Assembly (NCBI GenBank): GCA_964016885.1
Contig: OZ024756.1
Span: 12,462,001-12,526,000 of the forward strand
Reading direction: 5' to 3'
Source of the DNA: Eledone cirrhosa
Taxonomy: Eukaryota
DNA length: 64,000 nucleotides
A program made the translations under genes and the position numbers. Within the stretch, counting starts at the first letter, position 1. Each line of letters opens with the position of its first letter. The notes under the pieces are model-generated. The model saw only the letters and a list, made by a program, of their open reading frames with translations. It was not told the DNA's origin and made no database searches. This document shows positions 1-63,839 of the stretch, one piece after another.

Positions 1-109
1 AATAAAGTAACAGTAATGCACTGGATAATTGCTGGCCTTGTGCCTAAAGTAGAAACAATTATATTTTCTATGAGATTTTGATATATATTTTGAGAACAAT
101 ACCTTAATC

Positions 110-1340
110 TCATCATCATCTTCGTTTAACGTCCATCTTCCACACTGGCATGGGTTAGACGGGAGTTGTCCTACTTGAGGCTAGGCTGGTCGGGTGACCG
201 TGTCTCGCTCATATAGGACTATCTGGCAGGTCTTCTACGGCTGGATGCTTTTCCTAACATCAACCACATTTACAGTGTGGAACTGGGAACTTTTTACCGT
301 GTCCCCTACACAGCCACATTACAGCGTGGACTGGGAGGTTTTCTACCGTGTTACCTACACAGCCACATTACAGTGTGGACTGGGAGGTTTTCTACCGTGT
401 TACCTACACAGCCACATTACAGCGTGGACTGGGAGGTTTTCTACCGTGTTACCTACACAGCCACATTACAGCGTGGACTGGGAACTTTTTACCATATCCC
501 CTACACGACCACATTACAGCGTGGACTGGGAGGTTTTTACCGTGTTACCCACACGGCCACATTACAGCGTGGACTGGGAGGTTTTTACCGTGTTACCCAC
601 ACGGCCACATTACAGCGTGGACTGGGAGGTTTTCTACCGTGTTACCTACACAGCCACATTACAGCGTGGACTGGGAACTTTTTACCATATCCCCTACACG
701 ACCACATTACAGCGTGGACTGGGAGGTTTTTACCGTGTTACCCACACGGCCACATTACAGCGTGGACTGGGAGGTTTTTACCGTGTTACCCACACGGCCA
801 CATTACAGCGTGGACTGGGAGGTTTTTTACCGTGTTACCTACACGGATGGCCACATTACAGCGTGGACTGGGAACTTTTTACCGTGTCCCCTACACGGCC
901 ACATTACAGCGTGGACTGGGAGTTTTTTACCGTGTTACCTACACGGCCACATTACAGTGTGGACTGGGAGGTTTTTTACCGTGTTACCTACACGGATGGC
1001 CACATTACAGCGTGGACTGGGAGTTTTTTACCGTGTTACCTACACGGCCACATTACAGCATGGACTGGGAACTTTCTACCATGTTACCTACACAGCCACA
1101 TTACAGTGTGGACTGGGAGGTTTACCGTGTTACCCACACGGCCACATTACAGCGTGGACTCTGTTTCTTTTGTCGTGACACCTACACGATCTCGTTCTCG
1201 ATCTCATTATCTCATTTATTTGGACTGGATGTTGTGGTAGCAACTTTACAGAGAGAGGGTGGTGTTAGTGGGAGTGGGAGGATAGGGTAGGGGTAGTGGA
1301 TTGGGGTGTATATTTGGTTGAGAGGTGCCTACTGACTGTA
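110..1340 (-). mobile_element. RTE-LINE 3'UTR-like dispersed repeat with internal 48-bp minisatellite
   Basis: (CAT)n tail and flanks match copies at about 12730-15680, 26580-26970 and 35380-35600. Confidence 0.7.
268..1160. repeat. 48-bp minisatellite, about 18 copies
   Basis: Unit ggactgggaggtttttaccgtgttacctacacagccacattacagcgt. Confidence 0.95.
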
Positions 1341-1477
1341 TACGTTAATGTATAGAAGAAAGGATACGTTTGTTGAGGTAAGTTGACAGTATAGAACTTG
1401 GTAAAGTTAGTAACAGGTAGAGGGTCTGTTGTGATAGGCTGTAGACTGTTCCTTTGTTCAGTCAACCAATCACTCAC

Positions 1478-51096
<49,619 letters not shown>

Positions 51097-51172
51097 CTAA
51101 AAAATAAACATAAAATAACAAATAAAAAATAAAAATAAAAACAAAATAAATCATCTGATATTAATTTACCAT

Positions 51173-52045
51173 TTAAACTTTAGCATTTAAACTGGCCATA
51201 TCTGGCCAGAATTCTCTCCCCTCTTTTTGTTCAAACTAGCTGTAAAACCACTCGTACCAATGTTAAGGTATTGTTCTCAAAATAAATAATATCAAAATCT
51301 CATAGATTCAATGTTATGTGAGACATTATGTGAGGTAAAGCCTTTACTGTGAAAATACAATAGTATATATAGAGTAATGTAAATGTTATGTGAGATATTA
51401 TGTGAGGTAAAGCTTTTACTGTGAAAATACAATAGTAAATATAGAGTAATGTAAATGTTATGTGAGATATTATGTGAGGTAAAGCCTTTACTGTGAAAAT
51501 ACAATAGTATATACAGAGTAATGTAAATGTTATGTGAGATATTATGTGAGGTAAAGCCTTTACTGTGAAAATACAATAGTATATACAGAGTAATGTAAAT
51601 GTTATGTGAGATATTATGTGAGGTAAAGCCTTTACTGTGAAAATACAATAGTATATATAGAGTAATGTAAATGTTATGCGAGATATTATGTGAGGTAAAG
51701 CCTTTACTGTGAAAATACAATAGTATATATAGAGTAATGTAAATGTTATGTGAGATGTTATGTGAGGTAAAGCCTTTACTGTGAAAATACAATAGTATAT
51801 ATAGAGTAATGTAAATGTTATGCGAGATATTATGTGAGGTAAAGCTTTTACTGTGAAAATACAATAGTATATATAGAGTAATGTAAATGTTATGTGAGAT
51901 ATTATGTGAGGTAAAGCCTTTACTGTGAAAATACAATAGTATATATAGAGTAATGTAAATGTTATGTGAGATATTATGTGAGGTAAAGCCTTTACTGTGA
52001 AAATACAATAGTAAATATAGAGTAATGTAAATACTAAAGGGTTAA
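51173..52045 (-). mobile_element. piggyBac-like MITE with about 10 internal 72-bp units
   Basis: TTAA at both ends. Confidence 0.88.
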
Positions 52046-54293
52046 AACAGTCATAACAAGAGTTATACATGTTTACTATACATCTTTTTGTTCTTGCTCA
52101 ATGAGATTGGGGCCATCCTAGGTCAGTGATCCAGAGGCATCATGATATGTAGACCCAACCAGGTTCACCAGTACCCTCAATCAGTGGTGGTCCCATGCCA
52201 GCTCCTCTGCATCTTCCAAGGGGATGTCAAGCCTCTGCAGATCTTCCTTGACGACATCCAACCATCTGGTGTGGGGCCTGCTGTGGAGCCTCTTCCAGCC
52301 TCTAGCTGCTACATCATCATCATCATCATCACCGTTTTATGGCCGTTCTTCCACGCTTGCATGGGTTGGACGGGTTGTCCTGTTGTGGGCAGTGTCCGGT
52401 TGGCTGACCTTATCTTGCTCATACGGGAACTGATTTTGGCTTGATTACTACAGCTGGATGCCCTTCCTAACACCAACCTCGTTTACAGTGTGGGCTGGGT
52501 GCTGTTTTTGCCGTGGCACCTCCACAACCACTTTGCAGTGGAATGATAGGGACCCCAGTCCCTACCATCTCATTTCTACAGCTGAGTAAACTGGAGCAAC
52601 ATGAAATAAAGTGTCTTGCTCAAGGAAACAACACATCACCCGATCCGAGAATTGAACTCACAACCTTTCGATTGCAAGCCCAATGCTCTAACCACTAAGC
52701 CATGCACCTACACTGAACAATACATAAACATATCATATATACCTTCATATACACCTCTATTGTGAGTCATGCCATGATAGTACTACTGCTAACTAATCCT
52801 AACTGGTGAAGCTTACACCGTCTCGTCTTGATCCCATAACGCCTGAGGTGCTCAGAGAGGCACCATATCAACATACAGCATTTCTAGGGCATTCTAAAAC
52901 CTGGCAGAGCCAATCTCCTCTCCAGGTCAGAATACAGCAGATTTCTTCCAGAGAGGGATAGAGAGAATGGAATGAGAAAGAGATATAGAGGAAGAACTGA
53001 CCCCAGTACATGACTGGTACTTTTCTTTATTGACCTTGAATGGATGAAAGGCAAAGTTGACTTCAGAGAGAAGAAACAAAAACTGCAAAGCATTCTATCC
53101 AATGTTCTAACGACTGCTAATTTGCTACTTAGTCACCTGGCATAGCAACTGTAACTGTGTAAAATATATGCGGCAGTCAACAGGTTAAGCAGAACTACTA
53201 ACCTCTCTGATGAGCCAGAGACTTGAATCTTACTTACATTCCCACATTCTAGTGAGTATTTCGGCAGGCTGTGGGCCTGCATCTCACTTACATATGTTCC
53301 CACTCTCTACCAAGAGCATTTTATTGTGGCACCAGCATTGGAGAAATGTCCTGTCTTTGACACAACTGAGAAGTACTCTCAACCACTTGATTGGCAAGTT
53401 TTCTATGACTGGATACCATCCTATCACCAGCAGAGTGTACTGGATGTGTTTATCATGTAGACCAACATTGGGAAGATGCCACTTCTTTGATACAGCTGAA
53501 GAAAGTCCGGGGTTGTGTTTTTGACATGGGTCTTTTGTCATAAAGTTGTAGTGCCAGAGGATTCGGTCCTGTGACATGTTCACCTTTAACATTCCATGTT
53601 TTCCTGGGTCTCCCTCTTTTGAGGTATCCTGCAACCTTTAAACATCTGAAGAAAGTCCAGGGTTGTGTTTTTGACATGGGTCTTTTGTCATAAAGTTGTA
53701 GTGCCAGAGGATTCGGTCCTGTGACATGTTCACCTTTAACATTCCATGTTTTCCTGGGTCTCCCTCTTTTGAGGCATCCTGCAACCTTTAAACAGCTGTC
53801 ATCCTTAATGTGCATTACGTGACCATAGCACTGCAGTCTTTTCTCCTGACACAGCATTTGATCCGTTCATGCACTCTACTGTTACACAGCCATCTGATCA
53901 TGCAGGCTTCATTTCTTTCCAATCTCTCTAGGTCCTCAGCATGCAGCGCTTGTTTCGCTACCATGTAGCATTGCTGAGCACATGTAGCATTGTCGAGCAC
54001 ATGTAGCATTGTTGAGCACACGCAAGCATTGTACAGCTTGCTTTTATCTTGAGTGAGAGACCCTTTGTAGTTAGCAATAGCAGTGGCTCCCTGTTCTTAC
54101 TCTGGCAAGTTCTTCCTGGACAACCACCTCCACAACTGATTTGGTTACCCAGATAGAAGTTGTCAACTATTTCCATGGGGGTCTTCTGTGCAATTGAACG
54201 AGCATGCTACCTGAGGCCCATTTGTACACTGAATTCCTCATTGTATTCATTGTCATTGCAAATGCATTTCTCCAGAGAACATCTCGGCTTTCT

Positions 54294-54571
54294 TTAACCC
54301 TTTAGCATTCACATTACTCTATATATACTATTATATTTTCATGGTAAAGGCTTTACCTCACATAACATTCACATTACTCTATATATACTATTATATTTTC
54401 ATGGTAAAGGCTTTATCTCGCATAATTATCTTACATAATATCGAATCTATGAGATTTTGAAAGTATTTATTTTGAGAACAATACCTTAACATCAGTTTAA
54501 GTGACCAGTTACAGCGAGTTTCAATAGAAAAAGGTAGAGAATTCTGGCCGGTTTGAACATTAAAGGGTTAA
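54294..54571 (+). mobile_element. piggyBac-like MITE inside a LINE
   Basis: TTAA at both ends. Confidence 0.88.
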
Positions 54572-55609
54572 GACATTTCCTTGCAATCTTGAACACCTTG
54601 CGCTTTTGGTCTTCATATTCTAGTACATGCTTAAACGTTTCATTTTCTGCTTCACTCCTTGCCAGGTATACTTGCCATCTAGCTGCTCTCTTGGCTTCCT
54701 CTTAGGGATGCCTGCTACCTCCACTTTTCTATTTTTTCCATGCCTGTCTATTGGCTTTAATTGCCACGTCCACCTTGTTACTCCACCACCAGGTGGTTCT
54801 ACTATTCCTCCCTGGGGCCTTGCTCCAACCACAGATCACATTTGTCACTTTCAGCAGCTTATCTCTCAAGAACCCCCACTGCTCTTCTATATTGTATGCC
54901 TTTATTTCTTCTTCCTTGCTATCAAAGGCGTCATGTAGGAGTCTCCTGAATTTGTTACGAACTGCGGACCCCTTCAGTTTCCATATCCTCCTCCAGGATG
55001 TTTTCTGGCTTCTGGATTGCCTGGGTCTCACTCTAAAGATGCCAATTACCATGTTATATTAGGAGGTGCATTCCTCATCCAGGATGCTCTTTTGTGTTTA
55101 TGACTCTAATCCTGCCTTGTCTTCTGGTGAGGATATAGTCGATTTGGCTGGTGTGCTCTCTCCCCTGAGCTATGGATGATCAGTTGATTTGCTGGTTACT
55201 TTAAGTTTGTATTGCAGATAGTCATTTCGTTGGCGTCGCAGAATTCCAGGAGCCTCAGTCCTTCCTCGTTTCTTGTGCCAAACCTGAAACCTCCATGGAC
55301 CCCATGGAATCCATCACTTAGTCTCCCCACATGTCTGCTGAAGTCACCTACAATAATGGTGAAGTCAATGTTTCTGGTTAGGGAAATTTCACTTATTAGG
55401 GACTCGTAGAATAAGTGTTTTTCTTCGTCTGGCAGACCAAATTGGGGTGCATAGACAGACACGATTGATACCATTGTTCTAGTTAGGATGAGCCCAAGTC
55501 TAATGATTCTGTCATTTATTCCATTTACTGCGATTACCTTGTCCAACCATTTTTCAGCTAGCATAATACTTACTCCTCCTAGCATACTGTCATTACCTTC
55601 CAGAAGAAT

Positions 55610-55824
55610 TTAACCCTTTAGCATTCACATTATTTTATATATACTATTATATTTTCATGGTAAAGGCTTTACCTCACAAAATATCGAATCTATGAGATTT
55701 TGAAAGTATTTATTTTGAGAACAATACCTTAACATCAGTATGAACGACCAGTTACAGCCAGTTTCAACAGAAAGAGGTAGAGAATTCTAGCCGGTTTTGG
55801 CCGGTTTAAACACTAAAGGGTTAA
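55610..55824 (+). mobile_element. piggyBac-like MITE inside a LINE (single unit)
   Basis: TTAA at both ends. Confidence 0.88.
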
Positions 55825-56589
55825 AACGTTTTCTGCCTACTAGGAGTCTGGAAGATTTTCCTCTCCATCTGGTCTCTTGTATACAATATACAACAATTTT
55901 CTTATGCTCGAGCATCTCCACAATCTCACCTGACCTACCTTTCAGCATCCCTATGTTGATGGTTGCAGCTCTGGAAACTCAGAGAGGGGAGGGATACTGC
56001 TTTCCTGGTGGTGGATATCTTGGTGTTGGCTTTTTGTGTCTAGGAATATACACACACACACACTTATATATATTTTTACTCACACATACATCATCATTTT
56101 ACGTCCACTTTTCTCTGCTTGCAACGGTGGGACAGGAACTGATTCTGGCTTGATTTCTACAGCTGGATGCCTTTCCTAACACCAACCTCATTTACAGTGA
56201 GTGCTGGATGCTTTTTTTCCATAGCGCCTACACGTCCACTTTACAGTGTGGGCTGGGTGTGTTTTTGTTGTGGCACCTTTACGACCACTTTGCAGTGGAA
56301 TGATAGGGACCCCAGTCCCTATCATCTCATTTCTACAGCTGAGTAAACTGGAGCAATGTGAAATAAAGTGACTTGCTCAAGGAAACAACAAATCACCCGG
56401 TCTAAGAATTGAACTCACAACCTGTCCCCCCGACCTGGTCCCTCACAAAGAGACAGCCTGCCCTACCCATGCTAACATGGAAGGTGGACGTTAAATGATG
56501 ATGATGATGATGATAATATATAAGATAGAAGTGAAAATGTCTGAGGTGAGCACTCTGCATGAAGTGTATATATACAAATAGAATCTTAC

Positions 56590-56654
56590 AGTCTGAAGCA
56601 AGAGGGGACTTGAATCAGTTGAGACGTTTCCAGTAATTTCAAAAGTGAAACTCC
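56590..56654 (-). CDS. Tentative upstream exon (SFTFEITGNVSTDSSPLLLQT), ends phase 0
   Basis: Donor GTAAGA; phase fits exon 51013-51096; acceptor ambiguous (after 56654 or 56700); adjacent to a decayed LINE tail. Confidence 0.3.
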
Positions 56655-57471
56655 CTTTAATGATGTTCAGGTAATGAGAAGCAACTAAGGGAGAGAACTC
56701 CTATAATATGAGCTGATTCAAGTCTAAGTTTTCCTTAGCTATCTTCTGCAGTTTCTTCCCACGGGGAATTCTTTGCTACTTCTTTACCCAATGACCATCA
56801 TTTACACACGTCACATGTCCATACCAGTGCAGTATCTCCAGCACACTACATTGGATTCCTCTTATACTCAGCTTTTCTCTCAGTTCATCCATGCTGCAAT
56901 GTTCATGCACATCCATCTATTGGAATATGCTCACTTCATTTCTCTCCAGCCTTCTGCATTTACAGCTGGCCTTTCATTCATCAAGAGAAACCTTTTGTTG
57001 ACAACAGAGACAGCAATATTATTCAAAAGAAAAAACATGCTATTGTTGTTATTTAGCACACCCACCCTACTAAACTCACCCCCATGTCTGATCAAACAAA
57101 CCTATAAATCAAAGGATCCGTGACCATCCTGTCTCTTCCCAAACAGAGCGTCCAGGAACTACATTATTTATTGTTCTTTCTTTTTGTGACACTAAAAGTA
57201 CTATTTTGAAGACCATTTGGCTGCTATTTCTAGCAAGTGAAAAGACTATGTTGGGACCTAGCTTTAACAAATTGATTCAACCCTTTTCATGCCAAAACGT
57301 CTGAAGCTGTTTCTAGTTCTAAGATACTACGATGTTTATTTTAAAGTATTTATATTTATCTAAAAACCTTCCATCATAATTTTACATAAGAACTTTTGTT
57401 GTGTTCCAAACACCAGCTTAATAATGAGAAAGTTACATTACTAAATTATATTCAAAATTATTTAATATGAT

Positions 57472-57997
57472 AATGACATAGACAGTGTCTTTCATTAGAA
57501 ATATGGTAAAGAAGGGTTAATGACATAGACAGTGTCTTTTATTAGAAATATGGCAACGAAAGGGTTAATGACATAGACAGTGTCTTTCATTAGAAATATG
57601 CTAAAGAAATGGTTAATGACATAGACAGTGTCTTTCATTAAAAATATGGCAATGAAAGGGTTAATGACATAGACAGTGTCTTTCATTAAAAATATGGTAA
57701 AGAAGGGTTAATGACATAGACAGTGTCTTTCATTAAAAATATGGCAATGAAAGGGTTAATGACATAGACAGTGTCTTTCATTAGAAATATAGTAAAGAAA
57801 GGGTTAATGACATAGACAGTGTCTTTTATTAGAAATATGGTAATGAAAGGGTTAATGACATAGAGTGTCTTTCATTAGAAATGTGGTAATAAAAGGGTTA
57901 ATGACATAGACAGTGTCTTTCATTAGAAATATGGTAATAAAAGGGTTAATGACATAGGTAGTGTCTTTCATTAGAAATATGGTAAAGAAAGAGGTAA
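57472..57997. repeat. Roughly 48-bp tandem repeat, about 11 copies, each ending aaagggttaa
   Basis: Unit tgacatagacagtgtctttcattagaaatatggtaaagaaagggttaa. Confidence 0.92.
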
Positions 57998-59180
57998 ACA
58001 ACTTTTTGTTGTTGTTTTTTTGTGGGGGAGGGGGGATAAGAAAATCAGAACAGAACCAATATTTCTTTAAATATTTTATTTACAAAAGAGGTGTGCTAAA
58101 AAGTGTAGTACATTGTTATGATGATGATAATGGTTTCTGATTTAGGCACAAGGTCAGCAATTTGAAGGGAAGGGATTGTTGATTAAATAAACCCCAGTGG
58201 GTTACTGGTACTTTATTTTATTAACCCCGTAAGGATAAAAGGCAAAGTTAACCTTGGCGGGAAGTAATAGTGATATATTAATTTGGCACAAGGCCAGAAT
58301 TATTCTGGGAAAGTTTATAGTTGACTGGGCCATATTTTTATTGACTAATGAAAAACAAAATCAACCTCTCTCACCAAGATTTAATCTCAAAACCTAAAGA
58401 TAAAATATGTACCAGTGATATATAAGTCTCAAGTCTGTCTCAAGCCAGGAAGCTCATCAGGCTGGTGCTTATCCTGGTTTTGTGGTGTCAAGTGACTGAG
58501 AGTACAAGACTCCCCCTGAACAGGACACCAGTCCATCGCAGGGTTAAACCCCCAGCTATTGCTGGTACTCATTTTCAGTTGAGTATACTGGAGCAACATG
58601 AAATGAAGTGTTTTGCTCAGGAACACAACACACAACCCAGTCCAGGAATTGAACCCACAATATTATGACCGTAAGTCCAATGCCCTTACCACTGGGCCAC
58701 GCACCTCCAGTGACATATGACTCAACTCTATTTGTAAAGAGCAAGCACAGATACCACAATAGTATTTTATTCGCTGCTCTGCCAATTTTACCCAAAATTG
58801 CAATAAAGATAAATTATGTACCAGTGATATACCAGGCTTAATTCATTCAATGATCAACACCCCCGCTCTCGATACCAGTAGAGCTAATGTGAGAAATTAG
58901 TCGGTTGAGCGTCGGACAAACCTCCTGGCCCGAGACAGCACAGAGTTATGTCCCTTTACGTTCTGAATTCAAATCCCTCCAAGGTTAGCTTAGCCTTTCA
59001 TCCTTATGGAGTTGATAAAATAAAGCACCAGTAATGCACTGGGGTCAATTTAATCGACTTTCTCGCCTCTCCCAAAATTGCTGGCCTTGTGCCTAAATCA
59101 GAAACCATTATCGTTATTATTATCTAGTGCAGCGGACGGTAAAATTGGTAGAGTGCTTGACCAGATATATTGTGTTTGTC

Positions 59181-59376
59181 GTTAATGTGGGCAGTGTCAG
59201 GTGAATTAGTGTTAATGTTTGCAGTGTCAGGTGAATTAGTGTTAATGTGGGCAGTGTCAGGTGAATTAGTGTTAATGTGGGCAGTGTCAGGTGAATAGTG
59301 TTAATGTGGGCAGTGTCAGGTGAAATAGTGTTAATGTGGGCAGTGTCAGGTGAAATAGTGTTAATGTGGGCAGTGT
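59181..59376. repeat. 30-bp minisatellite, about 6.5 copies
   Basis: Unit gttaatgtgggcagtgtcaggtgaattagt. Confidence 0.92.
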
Positions 59377-60158
59377 AAAATAAGAGGAATCGATCGACAA
59401 GATCCCAGAGCACTAGAAGTCGATGGAAGCTGCGGAGTGGGGAGACCCAAGAAGACCTGGGATGAGGTGATAAAGGCCGACCTTACCCAATTGCACCTCT
59501 CAAGAGCGATGACCCACGACCATGACCTCTGGCGTCACGCAGTAATACAGTAGACCCGACCCCCTACGGGAACAAGCCGAAGCTGAAGCATATAGACAAT
59601 ATGCCCCCCCACTGCAAAGTGGTCGTGAAGGTGCCAAGGCAAAAAAAAGCACCCAGCCCACACTGTAAAGTAGACGTGTAGGTGCCACGGAAAAAAAGCA
59701 CCCAGTACTCACTGTAAATGAGGTTGGTGTTAGGAAGGGCATCCAGCTGTAGAAATCAAGCCAGAACCAGTTCCCGTATGAGCAAGACATGGTAAACCGA
59801 CCGGACACTGCCCACAACAGGACAACCCGTCTAACCCATGCTAGCGTGGAAGAACGGACGTAAAACGATGATGATGATGAGATACATATTTAGAGAGGAA
59901 AGTTCATGTTTCTGTCCGATAATATATATATATATGTTAATTGCTAGTTGGTTTCTCAATTGATATATGCTTGTATATCATTTTAAAATATATTATATAT
60001 AGACATATACATATCAATTCTATATGAGCAAGACATGGTCACCTGACCTGGCATTGCTCACAACAGGATAACTTGTCTAACCCATGCAAGTGTGGAAAAA
60101 TGGACATTAAACAGAGATGATGACGATATATGTGTGTGTGTGTGTGTGTATATATATA

Positions 60159-60557
60159 CGAGGGTAATCCCAAAAGTAAGGTCTCCAAAGTGATGGGGAC
60201 GCAGAGAAACTGTTCGTACGGCTGTTGGCAACACTGTTGTGTTGGTGCTTCCTTCACTCCCAAACAAGGATGTGCGCGCTTCGCTGGGATGCTCAATCTT
60301 GGCTTGGCAGCCGTTGAGAATGGAGCTCCCGTTGAACGCTACTGCAGCCAAGTGCGAATTTCGCGCAGTTATTATATACGAGGAGGGCAATCCCAAAAGT
60401 AAGGTCTCCTTCCGAGGAAAACATGCGTAAAGATCGGCAGATCACTCTGGATGCTCTCTGCATTTTGGTTCCTGAGGTTTCCCGAAGCACCATCCACAGG
60501 ATTTTAACGGAAAAGTTGCAATATCGGAAGGAGACCTTACTTTTGGGATTGCCCTCG
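60159..60557 (+). mobile_element. Mariner-derived deletion element with three TIR copies
   Basis: TA-cgagggtaatcccaaaagtaaggtctcc ... ggagaccttacttttgggattgccctcg-TA; transposase relics KCEFRAVI and DRQITL...VSRSTIHRILTEKLQYRK. Confidence 0.85.
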
Positions 60558-60804
60558 TACATATAAGTGTGAGTGTTTGAATAAAAAAAACAGTTGTATG
60601 TAAATGTGTACACGTGTACCCTCACATTCTCTCACACATACACACACACATTTGTAGCTTCAGCTTTGAATAAATTAAAGAACACTACTATATGTATTGA
60701 GTACTTTTTGTAAATCCCAAACACACATATATAAAAAGTGGCACCAAGAAAGAGCATCTGAACATAAAATGTCTGAAAATGAGGACTCTGTGGAGATTAA
60801 GCAC

Positions 60805-61382
60805 CATCATTACAGAGTGTACTGGGTGTATTTTATCATGTGACCACCATTACCACATTACAGAGTGTACTGGGTGTAGTTTATCATGCCACCACCATTA
60901 CCACATTACAGAGTGTACTGGGTGTATTTTATCATGCCACCACCATTACCACATTACAGAGTGTACTGGGTGTATTTTATCATGCCACCACCATTACCAC
61001 ACTACAGAGTGTACTGGGTGTAGTTTATCATGCCACCACCATTACCACATTACAGAGTGTACTGGGTGTAGTCTATCATGCCACCACCATTACCACATTA
61101 CAGAGTGTACTGGGTGTATTTTATCATGCCACCACCATTACCACATTACAGAGTGTACTGGGTGCATTTTATCATGACACCAACACTACCACTTTACAGA
61201 GTGTACTGGGTGCATTTTATCATGACACCAACCACTACCACTTTACAGAGTGTACTGGGTGCATTTTATCATGACACCAACCACTACCACTTTACAGAGT
61301 GTACTGGGTGCATTTTATCATGACACCAACCACTACCACTTTACAGAGTGTACTGGGTGCATTTTATCATGACACCAACACT
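60805..61382. repeat. 48-bp minisatellite, about 12 copies
   Basis: Unit cattacagagtgtactgggtgtattttatcatgccaccaccattacca. Confidence 0.93.
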
Positions 61383-61677
61383 AGAGTGGTTGTCCCATGT
61401 TCAAACTGAAGGGTTCTCTGAAATCGTATGTATATATATTGTCTTAGAGAGAGAGAGAGATGTTTAAGATTCACAATGGTGTGAATTCCAAAGCAGTGAA
61501 AAACGAAAGTACTCAATAACATTAAGTAGTGTAGAATAGTATTTATTATATATTCAAAACTACTCAGAGTATCTTGTTATCATACTGCAGCCAACTACTC
61601 TTAGGTCTTGAATAATCGCCCCTCCCCTCCATTAATTTTTCAGATCGCACACACCCACCCACACACAGATGTCCTTT

Positions 61678-63338
61678 TTAACCCATTACCATTTACATTA
61701 TATATACTATTGTATTTTCACAGTAAAGGCTTTACCTCACATAACATTTACATTACTCTATATATACTATTGTATTTTCACAGTAAAGGCTTTACCTCAC
61801 ATAACATTTACATTACTCTATATATACTATTGTATTTTCACAGTAAAGGCTTTACCTCACATAACATTTACATTACTCTATATATACTATTGTATTTTCA
61901 CAATAAAGGCTTTACATCACATATCTCACATAACATTTACATTACTCTATATATATACTATTGTATTTTCACAGTAAAGGCTTTACCTCACATAACATTT
62001 ACATTACTCTATATATACTATTGTATTTTCACAGTAAAGGCTTTACTTCATATATCTCACATACCATTTACATTACTCTATATTTACTACTGTATTTTCA
62101 CAGTAAAGGCTTTACATCACATATCTCACATAACATTTACATTACTCTATATATACTATTGTATTTTCACAGTAAAGGCTTTACCTCACATAATATCTCA
62201 CATAACATTTACATTACTCTATATATACTATTGTATTTTCACAGTAAAGGCTTTACCTCACATAATATCTCACATAACATTTACATTACTCTATATATAC
62301 TATTGTATTTTCACAGTAAAGGCTTTACCTCACATAATATCTCACATAACATTTACATTACTCTATATATACTATTGTATTTCCACAGTAAAGGCTTTAC
62401 CTCACATAATATCTCACATAACATTTACATTATTTTATATATACTATTGTATTTTCACAGTAAAGGCTTTACCTCACATAACATTTACATTACTCTATAT
62501 ATACTATTGTATTTTCACAGTAAAGGCTTTACCTCACATAACATTTACATTACTCTATATTTACTATTGTATTTCCACAGTAAAGGCTTTACCTCACATA
62601 ATATCTCACATAACATTTACATTATTTTATATATACTATTGTATTTTCACAGTAAAGGCTTTACCTCACATAACATTTATATTACTCTATATATACTATT
62701 GTATTTTCACAGTAAAGGCTTTACCTCACATAACATTTACATTACTCTATATATACTATTGTATTTTCACAGTAAAGGCTTTACCTCAAATAACATTTAC
62801 ATTACTCTATATATACTATTGTATTTTCACAATAAAGGCTTTACATCACATATCTCACATAACATTTACATTACTCTATATATACTATTGTATTTTCACA
62901 GTAAAGGCTTTACCTCACATAACATTTACATTACTCTATATATACTATTGTATTTTCACAGTAAAGGCTTTACCTCACATAACATTTACATTACTCTATA
63001 TATACTATTGTATTTTCACAATAAAGGCTTTACATCACATATCTCACATAACATTTACATTACTCTATATATACTATTGTATTTTCACAGTAAAGGCTTT
63101 ACCTCACATAATATTTCACATAACATTTACATTACTCTACTATATATACTATTGTATTTTCACAGTAAACACTTTATTTCACATAATCATCTCACGAAAT
63201 ATTGAATTTGAGATTTTGATATTTATTTTGAGAACAATACCTTACCATCAGTATGAGCGGCCAGTTTCATCCGGTTTGAACAGAAAGAGGTGAGAGAATT
63301 CTCGCTGGATATGGCCCGTTGAAATGCTAAAGGGTTAA
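61678..63338 (+). mobile_element. piggyBac-like MITE with about 23 internal 60/70/72-bp units
   Basis: TTAAcccattacc ... gctaaagggTTAA. Confidence 0.88.
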
Positions 63339-63419
63339 TGAACCAATCAAATGTGAAGTGAACATTGTAGTAATTATTAGCTTCTTATCTGATGTCTGAG
63401 AGCAATTAAAATGGTTGTG

Positions 63420-63839
63420 TTAACCCATTAGTATTTAAACTAACTGTATCCAGTCAAAATTTTCTCACCTCCTTCTGTTCAAACTGGCTGCCCATACTGA
63501 TTTTGAGGTATTGTTCTCAAAATAAATAATATCAAGATCTCGTAGATTTGATATTATGTGAGATAATTATTTGAGGTAAACCCTTTACCACAAAAATATA
63601 ATTGATTCTACTTTTGGCACAAGGCCAGCAATTATCCCAGTGTATTACTGGTACTTTATTTTATCGACCCCGCAAGGATGAAAGGCAAAGTTAACCTCTG
63701 CGGAATTTGAACTCAGACCGTAAAGGGCCGTAACTCTATGCTGCAAAGCACGGTGTCCGACCCTCTACCAATACTTCCTATCCACCGCCCTCAAAAATAT
63801 AATGGTAAATATAGAGCAGTCTAAATGCTAAAGGGTTAA
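63420..63839 (-). mobile_element. piggyBac-like MITE with nested SINE
   Basis: TTAA at both ends; SINE at about 63605-63790. Confidence 0.8.

Larger units (their letters stand above)
53390..55960 (-). mobile_element. Decayed RTE-like LINE (APE endonuclease relic and 3' end), internally deleted, with two MITE insertions
   Basis: SVYAPQ..., IIVGDFSRHVG, GTRNEEGLRLLEFC; LQCYGHVMH...RGRPRKTW; about 150-bp internal duplication at 53495-53790. Confidence 0.85.

Noticed and set aside
52817-53290. Extra minus-strand exon candidates with GTAAG donors
   Set aside because: No acceptor giving a phase-compatible, plausible peptide
61608-63293. 561-aa hydrophobic ORF (also 11701, 20051 and 51300)
   Set aside because: Internal tandem array of the MITE
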